From NCBI GenBank assembly GCA_943704425.1, contig CALSCP010000348.1:1-62821 (forward strand): a DNA stretch of 62,821 bases, in the 5' to 3' direction. The notes under the pieces were generated by a model. The model did no database searches, had not been told where the DNA came from, and saw only the letters and a list, made by a program, of their open reading frames with translations. How positions within the stretch are numbered: the stretch's first letter is position 1; every line of letters begins with the position of its first letter. Positions 11,710 through 23,888 of this stretch are shown here, piece after piece. The stretch comes from Ministeria vibrans ATCC 50519 (taxonomy: Eukaryota > Protista > Filasterea). A program made the translations under genes and the position numbers.

Positions 11710-13011
11710 TCATTGCTCTTCGACCGGCATCAACTCTAAGCCCGACTTGGTTGTGGTGTTTTGAAGGGAGTGGACCCACACGCTGGCAGCCCAGTCGGAC
11801 AAAAAGTACATTACTGCGTCTGAGTGCGGGAAAAAGAGAAGCGAATGAGATTCGTAGTGACTCGCACAATCGTACCGAAAAGGAAGAGCCAGGCAGCAAT
11901 CATGAGAATGATGTTGCACAACTCGCCCGATAAATACTGGCAAATGTACGAATCCATTGCATACAAAAGGCTGCCAAACACAAATCCTAAAAGAGGGGGA
12001 AATGTTGTGTTTTCATGTGTGTGAGGTAAGCGGACGCGAGATGTGAGTGTACATACCCCAGTCGCCCCAACCGGCCCAGTCGACGCGTAACGGGTCGGTG
12101 GTGAGCAGACGCCAGCGGGTGCCTGCGCGTCTGCGCTTCCACCACAGCAGAATGCCAATAATCGAGTCGAGTACAAACAAGTGTGAAGCAGCCAGATCGA
12201 AAGCAAAGTTGAGCGTATCGTGGCCGGGTGCAAACCAGTCGAGTGATGCCGTCACAGTGTAGCAGATGGAGGGGAGCAAGAAGAAGACATTTCTAACGGA
12301 GAAATAGGGAGATATAGATAGATAGAAAGAGAGAGGGTGAAGAGAGAAAACAACGTGTTACAAAAACAAGTGATACAAAGTGTAACAAAATGTGACTTAC
12401 GACCAGAAGAAGTGGTCCATGGAATCGATCCAGTTGGGAATCCACGCCGGTAAAGGAGCCTCGGCCCACAGCAGGTCGAGCGCGTCGGCTTCGCTGAGGA
12501 TAGAGACGCGCGCGACCGTTTCGCTCACTTCGCGCTCGACTCCCGCGACGCCGCGCTCTCGCACACGAATGCGCGAGTCAGCAAAGGTGTCCATGAGGTC
12601 GGAGCTGTGGTCGCCGTCGTCGTCGCCCCGACGGGGCTGGCCCGCAGACGCTCCGCTCAGCAGGGGCGGAGCGTCTTCGTCGGCGTCCGCACCGGCACCG
12701 GCGAGCGCTTCGATTTCCTCGTCGGATTTGTGTCGCTCGCCGTCGTCGTTGAGGTCCAATTGCGCTAGCCAGCCGGCAAAGAAATACGCCAAGGGGTTAA
12801 ACAAGTAGAGGATGGCGGCAATGAAGTCGATGGCAAGGCAGGAGCGGTAGACGCCTTGGTTGCGAATCCACCCTGGACAGGTGAAGCCCGCCACCACATA
12901 GAGAACCGAGCCGAGCAGGAACATCAGGTTTCCCAATCTCATCCAGTTCAACGCACGCATTCCGCCCATCACCCGAGGGCCCAGCGTCAGAGCAATGCGT
13001 GAGCGGGCCAT
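11710..13011 (-). CDS. Uncharacterised multi-pass membrane protein with three related helical-hairpin repeats (YrhK-like); multi-exon
   Basis: Repeats GNLMFLLGSVLY..AAILYLFN / SNVFFLLPSICY..ASHLFVLD / GDWGFVFGSLLY..AAWLFLFD, with GT-AG introns. Confidence 0.6.
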
Positions 13012-13122
13012 TTGAAGAAAACAAAACGCTTTGATTTTTTCATTATTGAATGAGTTGAGACACTCATTTTAGAAATGAGTTGTTGAGAGTTCAATTTTTT
13101 TTTATATATATACGAATTCAGT

Positions 13123-14706
13123 ATGGCATCCGCCTCGGTAGAGAAGCTGAAGGGGTCGGCCTACTACCTCGTCTATTTCTGGATTTACCTGGCCATCTTT
13201 GCGATCATTGTCTATGGTATGTGACGGTCCGCTCTGCGCTCGTCTCACGCCCTCCTCTTCTTCTATAGGACTGTACTTGAACTTGACTGGCAATGGTGGA
13301 CGCTTTGACGTGGGCGGGTGAGAATTTGCGCTTTTTCTCTTTCTCTCTCTCTCTTTCTCTTTCTCTCTCTATCTCTTTCACTCTCTCCCTCTTTCTTTTT
13401 TTTTTTNNNNNNNNNNGTTCCATTCCTCGAGGACGTCAAAGTCGTCGATGGACTCTTCGAGAGAGTACGCTCGAGTCTCTGTTTCATCCTTGTGTCTCCC
13501 TCGTCTTCCCCCTCCACTCGAATGCCCCCTCTTGGCGTGGCGCGTGCGGAGGGGGCGCACCCCATGCCCCCCGCCGGGCCTGCAGTGTCGTGTGTGTCGT
13601 GCAGCGCGACCAGTCGGGTGTCATCGATTTGCCTTGCGTTTTGGTGACATCCTGCGCCACGCTTGGCTCGTCCGTCGGACCTTGCGGTGTGCCATGCATG
13701 TCCGTGGGCATGTGGCGTTGCTGGATTGCCGCTTGCTACTTCATTTGCGTCGTTTTCCTTCTTTTTTTTACCAGCCCACTGAACACTCTCTCTTTCGCTC
13801 TCTCTTTCCTGCAGATTCTTGACGAATGTCTCCCCCCATCTGTGGGCCGGTGTCGGTATCGCCTACGCCATTTCGCTGAGCGTTGTTGGTGCTGCTATGT
13901 AAGACAATATCAGCTGAAATGTCTCTTGTCTCTTTTTTTTTTTGTGTCATACTTTATCATACTTTTGTTCATTTTTTATTTATTACGTCTTTTCTTATTA
14001 TTACTATTATTCTATCTAGTGGCATTTTTATTACTGGCGCCTCCATTGTTGGAGGTGGTGTCAAGGCACCGCGAATCAAAACCAAAAACCTCATTAGCAT
14101 TATCTTTTGTGAAGCTGTAAGCAAAAGAGAGATGAAGGGGAAAGGAGAGGAATTGATTGATTTCGTAGGTTGCCATTTACGGGATCATTCTTGCAATTGT
14201 GCTGTCAAACTCATGGAAGCCCTATGACTACAGCAAGATTGAAAATGGTATAAAAGGACTCGCTGTTTGACAAACAATGCACTCACAATGCACTCGCTGT
14301 CGTTGTAGATGCTGTGCTGATTGCACAAAACTACTACGGTGGATACGCTCTGTTTGCGGCCGGTCTCACTGTCGGCTGGAGCGATCTCTTTTGCGGCCTC
14401 TGCGTCGGTGTTGTCGGTACGATCCACACACAGACACACTCACGACAGCGCACATTATTTTGTGTGACTTTTGATTGTCAAACTTGATCAATTTAATTAA
14501 AAATTTAATAATAATAATAATAACAATTAACATCTTTTTTCTTTGTTTTCTTAGGGAGCGGAGCTGCTCTTGCCGATGCGCAAAATGCGGCGCTTTTTGT
14601 GAAGATTCTGATCATTGAGATTTTCGGGTCTGCTATTGGGCTGTTTGGAGTCATCATTGGAATCATCCAGGCGAACAAAGTCATCATGGGCGACGCCGCA
14701 ACCTAA
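13123..14706 (+). CDS. ATP6V0B: V-ATPase V0 proteolipid subunit c'' (21 kDa); multi-exon, one intron contains an N gap
   Basis: [77 protein letters not shown]. Confidence 0.95.
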
Positions 14707-14877
14707 ACCTCTCTCTCTCTCTCACTCACTCTTTCTCTCGCAGTACACGACGACTCTTTTCTTTTATGCCTACTTTTATCATGTGTGGGAACAATGATAT
14801 TTTATAATAGACTTTACTCTCTATCACTTTGTTTCTCTCTCTATATCACTTTGTTTCTCTCTCTATATCACTTTGTT

Positions 14878-14911
<34 letters not shown>

Positions 14912-14970
14912 ATCGCTTTGTTTCTTTCTTTCTCCTCCTCTCTCTCTCCCTCGTTCAATTTTTTGTCGCC

Positions 14971-17648
14971 TCACTGCTGATGGGCCCACACGTACACTGC
15001 GCCATCGGCTGCAACGCTGACAAGCGTGCGATGGTCGGGACTGACGGTACAAGCTGTAATGTCACTGCTGTGGCCCACACCCGTCCATGCGAGTACTCCC
15101 TCGTCATACGCGTACACACTCACGCGCTTGTCCTCGCCCCCGCACACAAGCACCCCCCTTGCGACACACACACCATTCAGTGCGCCGTTCGTGTCGCTCT
15201 CCAGCTCGCGCAGCAGTGTTCCGTCGTAGGTGTCCCAGTAGGCGATCTTGCGGTCCGTACCCACCGTCACCACCTGGTTCTCGTCGCTGCTGTACGCACA
15301 ACCCTTGAACATGGACGGCGCGAACATCACCTGCAACAACACAACACATACAGTGGACAGTTAGCGTGTTCTGGACAGAGTCCCCCTATCCTCTCCCTCC
15401 TACCTGACTTCGAGTGTACTTGGTGAGATCCCACACAATGCACGAGCCGTCGCTGCTGCTAGAGATGCACTCGAGGTCGTCGGAGCGCACATGGACGGCC
15501 GTCACAGTGCTCTTGTGCTCCTTCATGGCGGCCACTAACGACTGTGTCTTCCCCGCCACGTCCCACACGCGCACCTGTCCATCCCCACCGCCCGAAACGA
15601 GCCTGCGCCCACCCTGCGTCACCGACAGCGCTGTCACGCCGCGCTGGTGGGCGTCGTGGATCACGTAGACGAGTCTCCCTGATTGCGGCGCAAACGCACG
15701 AATCTTACCGTCGTCCCATCCGCTGACGAGCAGACGGCCGTCCCATGTAAACTCAATGCAGTGGCACGTCAGATTTGGCACACTGACGCGAAGAACCTCC
15801 TAGACGTACAAAGGTGCAGTTACCCAAATGAGTCAAAAGAGCTCCTCATGCCGTGCCATGGCAAAATGCTTACTTCACTCTTTTGCGTGTCCCATATGCG
15901 AATGTCGGGAGAGGAGCAAGTCGCAAAGACGTGCGAGGCACGCGACGGGAAGGCAACGTCGCGGATGGCATTGAAGTGGGCAGTGAGGAGCAGCACGGGG
16001 GCCGCAAGGACTGCCATGTTTGATTTTGCGGGACTAGCACTGAAGCGGTGACTAGGTCCAGCAGAGGAGAGCAGCTTGATGGCGTACATGTTGCCTTTGC
16101 GCGTGCCGACCCACGCCTGCCCTGTGCTCCGATGTGCTCCCAGTGCGACGGTGCTCACACCTCCCTCGACACTTACTCCCTTGCCGCCCACGCTCCGCAG
16201 CGATGCGCTCTCCAGCACTGCCACCGCACCACCTCCCCCGCCGACCACGACATACTCCCCGTCGTCCGTCAACGCCACCGACTGCGCTCCCATCTCAACG
16301 CGCGTTTTGGCACTGCTTGTGGCACTTAGCACATTTGTGCTCAGCGTTATCTATTATAAAGAAAAGGGAAAAGTACTGAACATATAAACGGGAGGCAGGA
16401 CTCGCGGAGGAAGTGTACAGGACATATGTCTAAACTAGGTACCTTGACAACATCGCCACTGGACGTTGCACCGTATACGTAGGCGTCATCGGGTGAGACG
16501 GCAATGGCCCGAATTACTCGTTTGAGCGACCCAAAATTGCAGTCGTCAGGCTGTAGCGTGTGTGCAATGGGATCGACAATCCACTTGCGTAAGGTGTACG
16601 AACCGGCAGTGACCAGTACTAGATCGCTGTGGTGCATAAAGGCGACGTCAAGTGCATCGCCCGTTGTGCCTGTGCCCGCACGCGCTCCACAAATGGCCAC
16701 GCCGCTCTCCAAATCCCACACCAACAACGTGTTGTTGTCATCGGGCCCACCCAAGGAACCAAGGTATCGCTCATTGCACGAAAACGACAGCGCTTGAACG
16801 CACATTTTGTGCACGGAGAGAGTGTGGACGCGTTCGAGTGTGGCCAAATCCCACACGATAATGTCAGCCTATAATAATTATTATTAATAATAATAAATTA
16901 TTATTATTAATATTATATTAATGTTGTATTCTTCTTTTAATAATTTATAATGAGGCGTATTAATTATTATATATATTATACGTATACGTATGCGCTCACT
17001 TACTTTGAAGCCCATATGGGATTTATAACCGGAAGCGACAAGTCTGCCGGAGGGCGAGATGGCAGTACTGTTGACTGGAAAGCCTGTTGGGTGTCGTAGG
17101 AAATTCTGTTCGCCCGTCCGCTGGTTCTTCACTACCACTGTCGATCCAATGGGATAAATGATGTGTTCCCCATCTGGATGGGCGATTAGACCTCGCGGTA
17201 CGTTGCCTATATAAGTATAATAAGAAAAGTAGTTTGTGACGATTTCGAAAATTTGACGCAGAGTGATGGTCAGAGTTAGGGCACGAGCGAGATCGCGTGG
17301 AACTCGGAAGGACGCCATAGTGTTGTACATTGATCATTAATACACGATACTAGTGCGATACGCTCATATGGTAGGAGAGGAACGCCGATTTTTAGGGGGT
17401 TGCTACGGAAACAAAGTTGTTTTGGTTGTCCCTTCCAGCAACCAAAATCAACGTATCACCTTTCACGGTGTCACACTTGTCAACAGTATAAATAGGCAGA
17501 CAGGCGGCAGTAGATGTAATCTTACACACCGAAAGGTGCTCAGACGACTGACAGACGACTTGGATATTTAAACTTCCTATTGCAAGTTCGTCTAGGGATC
17601 ATTACCTCCAAACCCGACAGTCGAGATGAGCTCAAGGTTTTGAGGCAT
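14971..17648 (-). CDS. CFAP52: Cilia- and flagella-associated WD40 protein 52 (WDR16); multi-exon
   Basis: Exon 1 (17606-17648) MPQNLELISTVGFG joins GNVPRGLIAHPDGEHIIYPIGSTVV; then HMGFKADIIVWD, LGSLGGPDDN, SGWDDGKIRAFAPQSGRL, GTDRKIAYW. Confidence 0.93.
17399..17412. promoter_or_regulatory. Candidate RFX X-box in CFAP52 intron 1
   Basis: GTTGCTACGGAAAC fits the 14-bp X-box pattern GTTGCC-AT-GGNAAC; a looser GTTGTC..AGCAAC lies at 17425-17442. Confidence 0.4.
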
Positions 17649-17794
17649 GCTTCCAAATAAATAATGTGACTTGAGGGTTGTGACAACAGTGATCGCACAA
17701 ATCACAATGACTCAGTTAATCGCCTTACACATTAAACAGTAAACTATTAAGTATTAATAATAATTATTACTAAATTTCTTCTGATTTCGACAAC

Positions 17795-19197
17795 ATGGCT
17801 TCACTTGAAGAGAGCCTGTCGTGGGCCGGTGGCGAGGATACCATTGACGAGGAGATTCTCAGAATGCCAACAGACGAGATTGTCAGTCGAACTCGACTGC
17901 TTGAAAACGAAATTAGAGTACGTGGTGGGAACCTGGCTGTGTTGAAGTGAGGGTCATTCTTTGGTGTGTATGATGCTGTGTCTGCGTGCGTGTCGTTGTG
18001 ACTGTGTGTGTCTCTCTTTTCAAAATTGTAAAAAAAAAATGAATTTTCATCTTGCTTGCTCGCGAACGGTGTCTTCAACGGCTTCTTCGCGGCGCATGGG
18101 CCTGCCAGTGGTCCTGCATACCCGCTGATGCGCCGAGAATCCTTCTGGGACGGCCGTGCAAGCGAGCGATGGGAAGGCGATGATGTTTCACGAAGAACCC
18201 TTTGTGTTTCATCCTCGTTTGCTTCTGCTCCACTTCCCTCTCCTTCGTCGCCCCGCTCATTCGGCTACTGTCCTTGCATGGAGCCCGTCTTGCTCACTTG
18301 TTTGTCATTGGGAGGCCCTGAAAGTTTGAAACGTCGCAATATTATTTTCATGTCTTTTTTTTTTTTTCTTTCTTTCTGCTACGACAGATTCTGAAGAGCG
18401 AAGCAATGATGCTGGCGCGCGAACAGCAGAGCGCCAAGGAACAGTTAAAAGAGAACGAAGAGAAGGTCAAGATGAACAAGCAGCTTCCGTACCTGGTCGG
18501 GAACATCGTAGAGGTACAAGAGAAGAGAGAGGAGGCGCTGAACCACCAGCTCGGGACAGCTCAACTTGAACGTTTTGTTGCTCAGATTCTTGACCTGGAT
18601 TCGTCGAGTCAAGCTGAAGAGGACGGTGGTCATGTGGATCTTGATGCTCAACGAAAGGGCAAGTGTGCCGTTGTGAAGACGAGCACTCGACAGGTAAACT
18701 TGGTGTGCTGCAAGATTAGTTTTGATCGTAGTTTTGATCGTACTCGTTGCATTTTTTTTATTCTTTCTTTCATTTTATGGTATCAGACAATTTTCCTTCC
18801 TGTGGTGGGTCTCGTGGACAGCGCAAAGCTGAAGCCGATGGATTTGGTTGGGCTGAACAAAGACTCGTACCTGGTTCTGGACACACTTCCGGCCGAGTAT
18901 GATTCAAGGGTGAAGGCAATGGAGCTGGACGAGCGACCGACGGAGGTGTACGCTGATATTGGTGGACTCGACAAGCAGATTCGCGAGCTCATTGAAGCCA
19001 TTGTGCTGCCCATGACGCACGCCGATCGCTTCAAGAATCTTGGAATTGCGTCTCCCAAGGTACATAGACGATGGAGAAGGAGAGAGGAGGGAGAGAAACA
19101 AAGCGATAGAGACAAAGTGATAGAGGAGGGAGAGAGAAACAAAGTGATAGAGGAAGGAGAAAGAAACAAAGTGATGAAAGAAGAATCAAAGCGATTT

Positions 19198-19286
<89 letters not shown>

Positions 19287-19360
19287 NNNNNNNNNNNNNN
19301 NNNNNNNNNNNNNNNNNNNNNNNNNNNNNNNNNNNNNNNNNNNNNNNNNNNNNNNNNNNN

Positions 19361-19407
<47 letters not shown>

Positions 19408-20232
19408 GTTTGCTAATGCATATGTTTTTTTTCCTTTTCTGTACGTTTTAGGGAGTACTGTTGTATGGCCCACCGGGCACGGGCAAGACGCTATTGGCAC
19501 GAACGTGTGCGGCGCAGACCAACTCGACCTATTTGAAGCTGGCTGGACCACAACTGGTGCAGATGTTTATTGGTGACGGAGCCAAGCTGGTGCGGGATGC
19601 GTTTGCGCTGGCCAAGGAGAAGGCTCCTACAATTGTGTTTATTGACGAGCTCGATGCCATTGGCACGAAGCGCTTCGACAGCGACAAGGCCGGCGACAGA
19701 GAGGTCCAACGTACCATGCTTGAGCTGCTCAACCAACTTGATGGCTTCTCCAGCTCAGATGGAATCAAGGTCAGACCAAGGGAAACAAGCAACGTTTTTG
19801 TGCAAAATAGTGTGGTGTGAACATTCAACGTTTGTGAGCTTGTATTCGTATCACTCTTGTTCATCATCATACTGCTAACTTTGGGCTTTACAGGTAATTG
19901 CGGCTACCAACCGTGTGGATATTCTCGATCCGGCTCTGTTGCGCTCGGGTCGTCTTGACCGTAAGATTGAGTTTCCACTGCCCACCGAAGAGGCGCGTGC
20001 AAACATTCTGCAGATCCACTCGCGCAAAATGAACGTGAGTCCCGACGTGAACTTTGAGGAGCTGGCGCGGTGCACCGATGATTTCAACGGTGCACAGCTC
20101 AAGGCGGTGTGTGTGGAGTCGGGGATGATTGCACTGCGTCGTGTGGCTACTGAGCTGCACCACGAGGACTTTATGGAGGGCATTCAGGAGGTGCAGGCCA
20201 AGAAGAAGCAGTCCCTTAACTACTACGCTTGA
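17795..20232 (+). CDS. PSMC3: 26S proteasome AAA-ATPase Rpt5 (subunit 6A); multi-exon
   Basis: [30 protein letters not shown], Walker [39 protein letters not shown]-terminus SLNYYA. Confidence 0.98.
19080..19404. repeat. ~28-bp GAGAAACAAAGTGATAGAGG minisatellite plus (AG)n spanning an N gap, in a PSMC3 intron
   Basis: Directly visible. Confidence 0.9.
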
Positions 20233-20337
20233 GACACGCATTCGAGAGAGAGCCAAGAGGATAGAGAGGTAGAGAGACTGACAGATTTCAATGCACAACT
20301 GGATACATTCCCAACAAACAACACACACAGATACACA

Positions 20338-20375
<38 letters not shown>

Positions 20376-20411
20376 CACGCGACTCAACAGTTGATTGTAT
20401 GTACACACATA

Positions 20412-21081
20412 TCACTCGCCCAACATGAGAGCATAGTCCTCGATAAACACACGTCCCTCGGCATCCGCCGCCGTCAGCAGCATTTCTTCGAGGTCTTCCT
20501 CCGCAAATGCCTCTCCTTTTCCGCACAGATAGCGTCGCAGCTCATTGGATGTCAGGTATCCTTTGCCTTCCACGTCCAGCTTCTCCAGTGCCTTTTTGAT
20601 CGTCTCTTCGCTGTCGCGTGGAAATTTGTTTTCCACAATCACCTCAACAAGAACCGGCTCCAGTTTGGTGTACTGCACAAAATAATAATAGAGAGCAAAT
20701 TAAAAACGAAAAGGTACAATGGCATTGATGGACTGAATAAAAAAATTTCTACAAACCGTAATGAAGCCTTCCTCTTCGGATACGCCTGCTTGGGAAAGAA
20801 GTTCTTGGAGATCCGCCTCGGTCGGGCGAGCACCCAGCGAGCGCACAATCGAACCAAATTCGCGCACGTCCACCGTCGGCGCCGTAGGATTGTCCTTGGT
20901 GTCAAAGACTCGACACGAAGCAAGCACCAATTTCTTGGCAGCTAGCACGTCCTCAGAGTCAAGTTCCTGAGGAAATTCAGGCTCGACTTCCTGCTCATGT
21001 TCCTCCCCCCCAACGGCGTCAACTTCCGCTTCCTCCCGATTCTTTTTTCGACGAGACGACCGGGCATTGGCACCCCCACTG

Positions 21082-21124
<43 letters not shown>

Positions 21125-21362
21125 TATCATCATCGTCGTCATCGTTGTCGTCGCCCCCGTCGTCCTCCTTGTCGTCTTCGTCGTCGTGCGCATCGTTGCC
21201 CTTGACAACATCGGATGCGACCGAGCCGCCGTCATCGTCTTCGTCGTCCTCGTCGTCGTCGTTACCGCCCCCTTCCACTTCCACATCGCCCTCATCAATA
21301 TCGCCCATGTCGCTCCCGTCTCTTTGCAATGCGTCGTCGCTCGAGTCATCCAACTGCGACAT
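20412..21362 (-). CDS. EFCAB2: EF-hand dynein regulatory complex protein 8 (DRC8) with an acidic N-terminal extension; 2 exons
   Basis: TVDVREFGSIVRSLGARPTEADL...GFITYTKLEPV...LDVEGKGYLTSNELRRYLCGKGEAFAEEDLEEML. Confidence 0.8.
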
Positions 21363-21602
21363 TGTTGTTCTTCAGAAGGAATTGGGAAAAGTGCCGAGTT
21401 CAGACGCGCCAGAAATTATATTGAATTGTAGACGACGTTACAAAGTAAGACGTGGCACGCCTGCGTACGAGGGAGACCCGAGAGGGAAATTAATTTAATG
21501 TCAAAATTGTTTCAGAAAGGTCAAAAGCCAAAAAGTCAAAAAGTAAAAAGTAAAAAGTAAAAAGTAAAAACAAATTAAACTTATTAAATCACACATTCAA
21601 CC

Positions 21603-22716
21603 ATGGACTATATTCCCGGAGACTCAGCGGACTGGAATGCCGAGCATCGCACAGGAGTACGTTACTGTGACAATAATAATAATTACACAAAAAAAAAAAA
21701 AAAAAAAAAAAAAAACTTTCATGAACAAAACGGACAAGTGTTCACTCGGCGGTGTTTACGGTGTTGGCGGCGGGTTCTAACGCGCCCCTGTTGTTTGTAG
21801 ACGTCGATTATGGCTGTAGAGTACGACGGAGGTGTAGTAATTGGGGCGGATTCGCGAACGACGACAGGGTACGTTTCGGTGGTGCGTCGCTCGCGAATAT
21901 GTCGCTTGGCAGCGAATCCTGGCGATGCCCGTCGCCACCTGCGTGTGTGTCGTGCGCCTTGGAGCCCATTGACACGTCTGCTGCCCTTGGCGCGTCTCGT
22001 TTGTAGGTCGTATGTGGCGAACAGAGTGACAGACAAGTTGACGGAGATCCACCATCGAATCTACTGCTGCCGATCAGGCTCGGCAGCCGACACACAGGCC
22101 ATTGCGGACATTGTGCGATACCACCTGGACATGCACAGGTAGGCGATTGGAGGCGACACTTGAGAGGGATGTCTTAAACGTTCTTTTTGTGTGTGTGTGT
22201 CCACTTGTGTCTTGTGTGTGTGTAGTATTGAGTTGGACGATCTTCCGCCGGTCAAGTCTGCAGCAAATCTGTTCCACACCTTGTGCTACCAGAACCGCGA
22301 GCGATTGTCAGCAGGCATCATCTGTGCAGGGTGGGATCGTCATTTGGGCGGGCAGGTCTTTATGATTCCGTTGGGCGGAATGATCATTCGTCAAAAGTTT
22401 GCCATTGGCGGCTCAGGATCGACCTTCATCTACGGTCACTGCGACGCCACGTTTAAGGAGAACATGACACGTGAAGAGGTATCCTGCTTTGTCGTAGAGA
22501 CCCAACGACGTGGTGTTGATTTTTTATTTTATTATTATTTTTGATTTATTATAATTATTATTGCAGTGTGAGGAGTTTGTGACAAATGCGCTTGCACTGG
22601 CAATGGCACGCGACGGCTCGAGCGGAGGCATCATCCGCATTGCTGCCATTGACAAGGATGGTGTGCACAGACGAGAGTTGTTGGGCGACGAGATTCCCGT
22701 TTTCTATCAGAAGTAA
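21603..22716 (+). CDS. PSMB6: 20S proteasome beta-1 subunit (Pre3); multi-exon
   Basis: Propeptide ..RTG|[66 protein letters not shown]. Confidence 0.97.
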
Positions 22717-22788
22717 AAAGTGGGAATATTCTTCTTGGATTAAAAAATTAATAACTCAAATAGTCAATCTTTGATCTTTGATTATCGC

Positions 22789-23815
22789 ATGAGCACCTTG
22801 ACGCAAACGGCAGTCGAGGGTGCCGATGGGCATGGGTACAATGTGGAGTGCGTCGACGTGGTGCGGGCACGCCTGCGCCTGCACATGTCGCCGCGGTTCA
22901 TGGGTCGCGTGCGGGACGCAGTGGTGGCCGAACTCGCTGCGCAGACCATGAAGTACCACCCTGGCTTGGGGGGCGTCTTGCTGGCCTTTGGCAACATCGC
23001 CATTCCGCATACGCACGGGCGCATCATCAACGACGAGTCGGCAGTGCACTTTGTCGCCAATTTCTCGGCGGTGGTCTTCGCGCCGCGTCCCGGCATGCTT
23101 CTCGTGGGCGAGTGCCACGGCGTCGGGCCCGACCACATTGCCATGCTGGTAAGGGCGCTGCCCGTCCCCCCCATTGGGATTCCAAATACACTGCGTGTGT
23201 GTCTGTCTCTGTCTTTGCAATTGACAGCGTGAATGGTTTTTCTCTTTTTTGAAGGTATTGGGCATTTTCAATGCATCGCTGTCGAACGAAGCGATTCCCG
23301 AGGCCTACCAGTACAACGCGGACGGCGAGTATTGGTTTGACAGCCGGTCGCCGCGGATGCGAGTGGGCGTGGGCACGACGCTGGGCATTAACGTGGAGCA
23401 CCTGACGACGGAGAGCGACGTGCTTGCCATTGAAGGGTCCATGCTGAACCTGAAGCGCGAAGGTCCACGGCGCCCGAGTGCAGCTGGAGATGGAGTAGAC
23501 CACCACCACCACCAACAGCAGCAGCAACAGCAGCAGCAGCAGCAGCAGAAGTATGGCGGGGAAGGGAATGGTGCAGAGGGAGTCTTGAGTGGGAGTGTGG
23601 TGCGGTGGAGCAGCAGTGAGAGCAGCAGCGACGAGTATGACGGAGAGGGGGCGGTAGGGGTGGGAGCCAGTGAAGTGCGGGTGCGCATTACGACGACGGA
23701 GACGGAAACGGCGCAGACGAAGACGAAGAAGAAGAAGAGGAGAAGAGAGGAGGAGGAGGAGAAGGAGAAGGAAGAGGAGCCGAAGAAGAAGAAGAAGAAG
23801 AAGAGCAAAGACTGA
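22789..23815 (+). CDS. POLR1F: RNA polymerase I subunit RPA43; 2 exons
   Basis: LHMSPRF..MKYHPGLGGVLLAF..VFAPRPGMLLVG..HIAMLVLGIFNAS, with a Lys/Glu-rich tail. Confidence 0.85.
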
Positions 23816-23888
23816 TTGTTATTATAATTATGAAAATAATAATAATAAAAATATAATTATTGTTATCATATTTTTATTATTATTTTTA

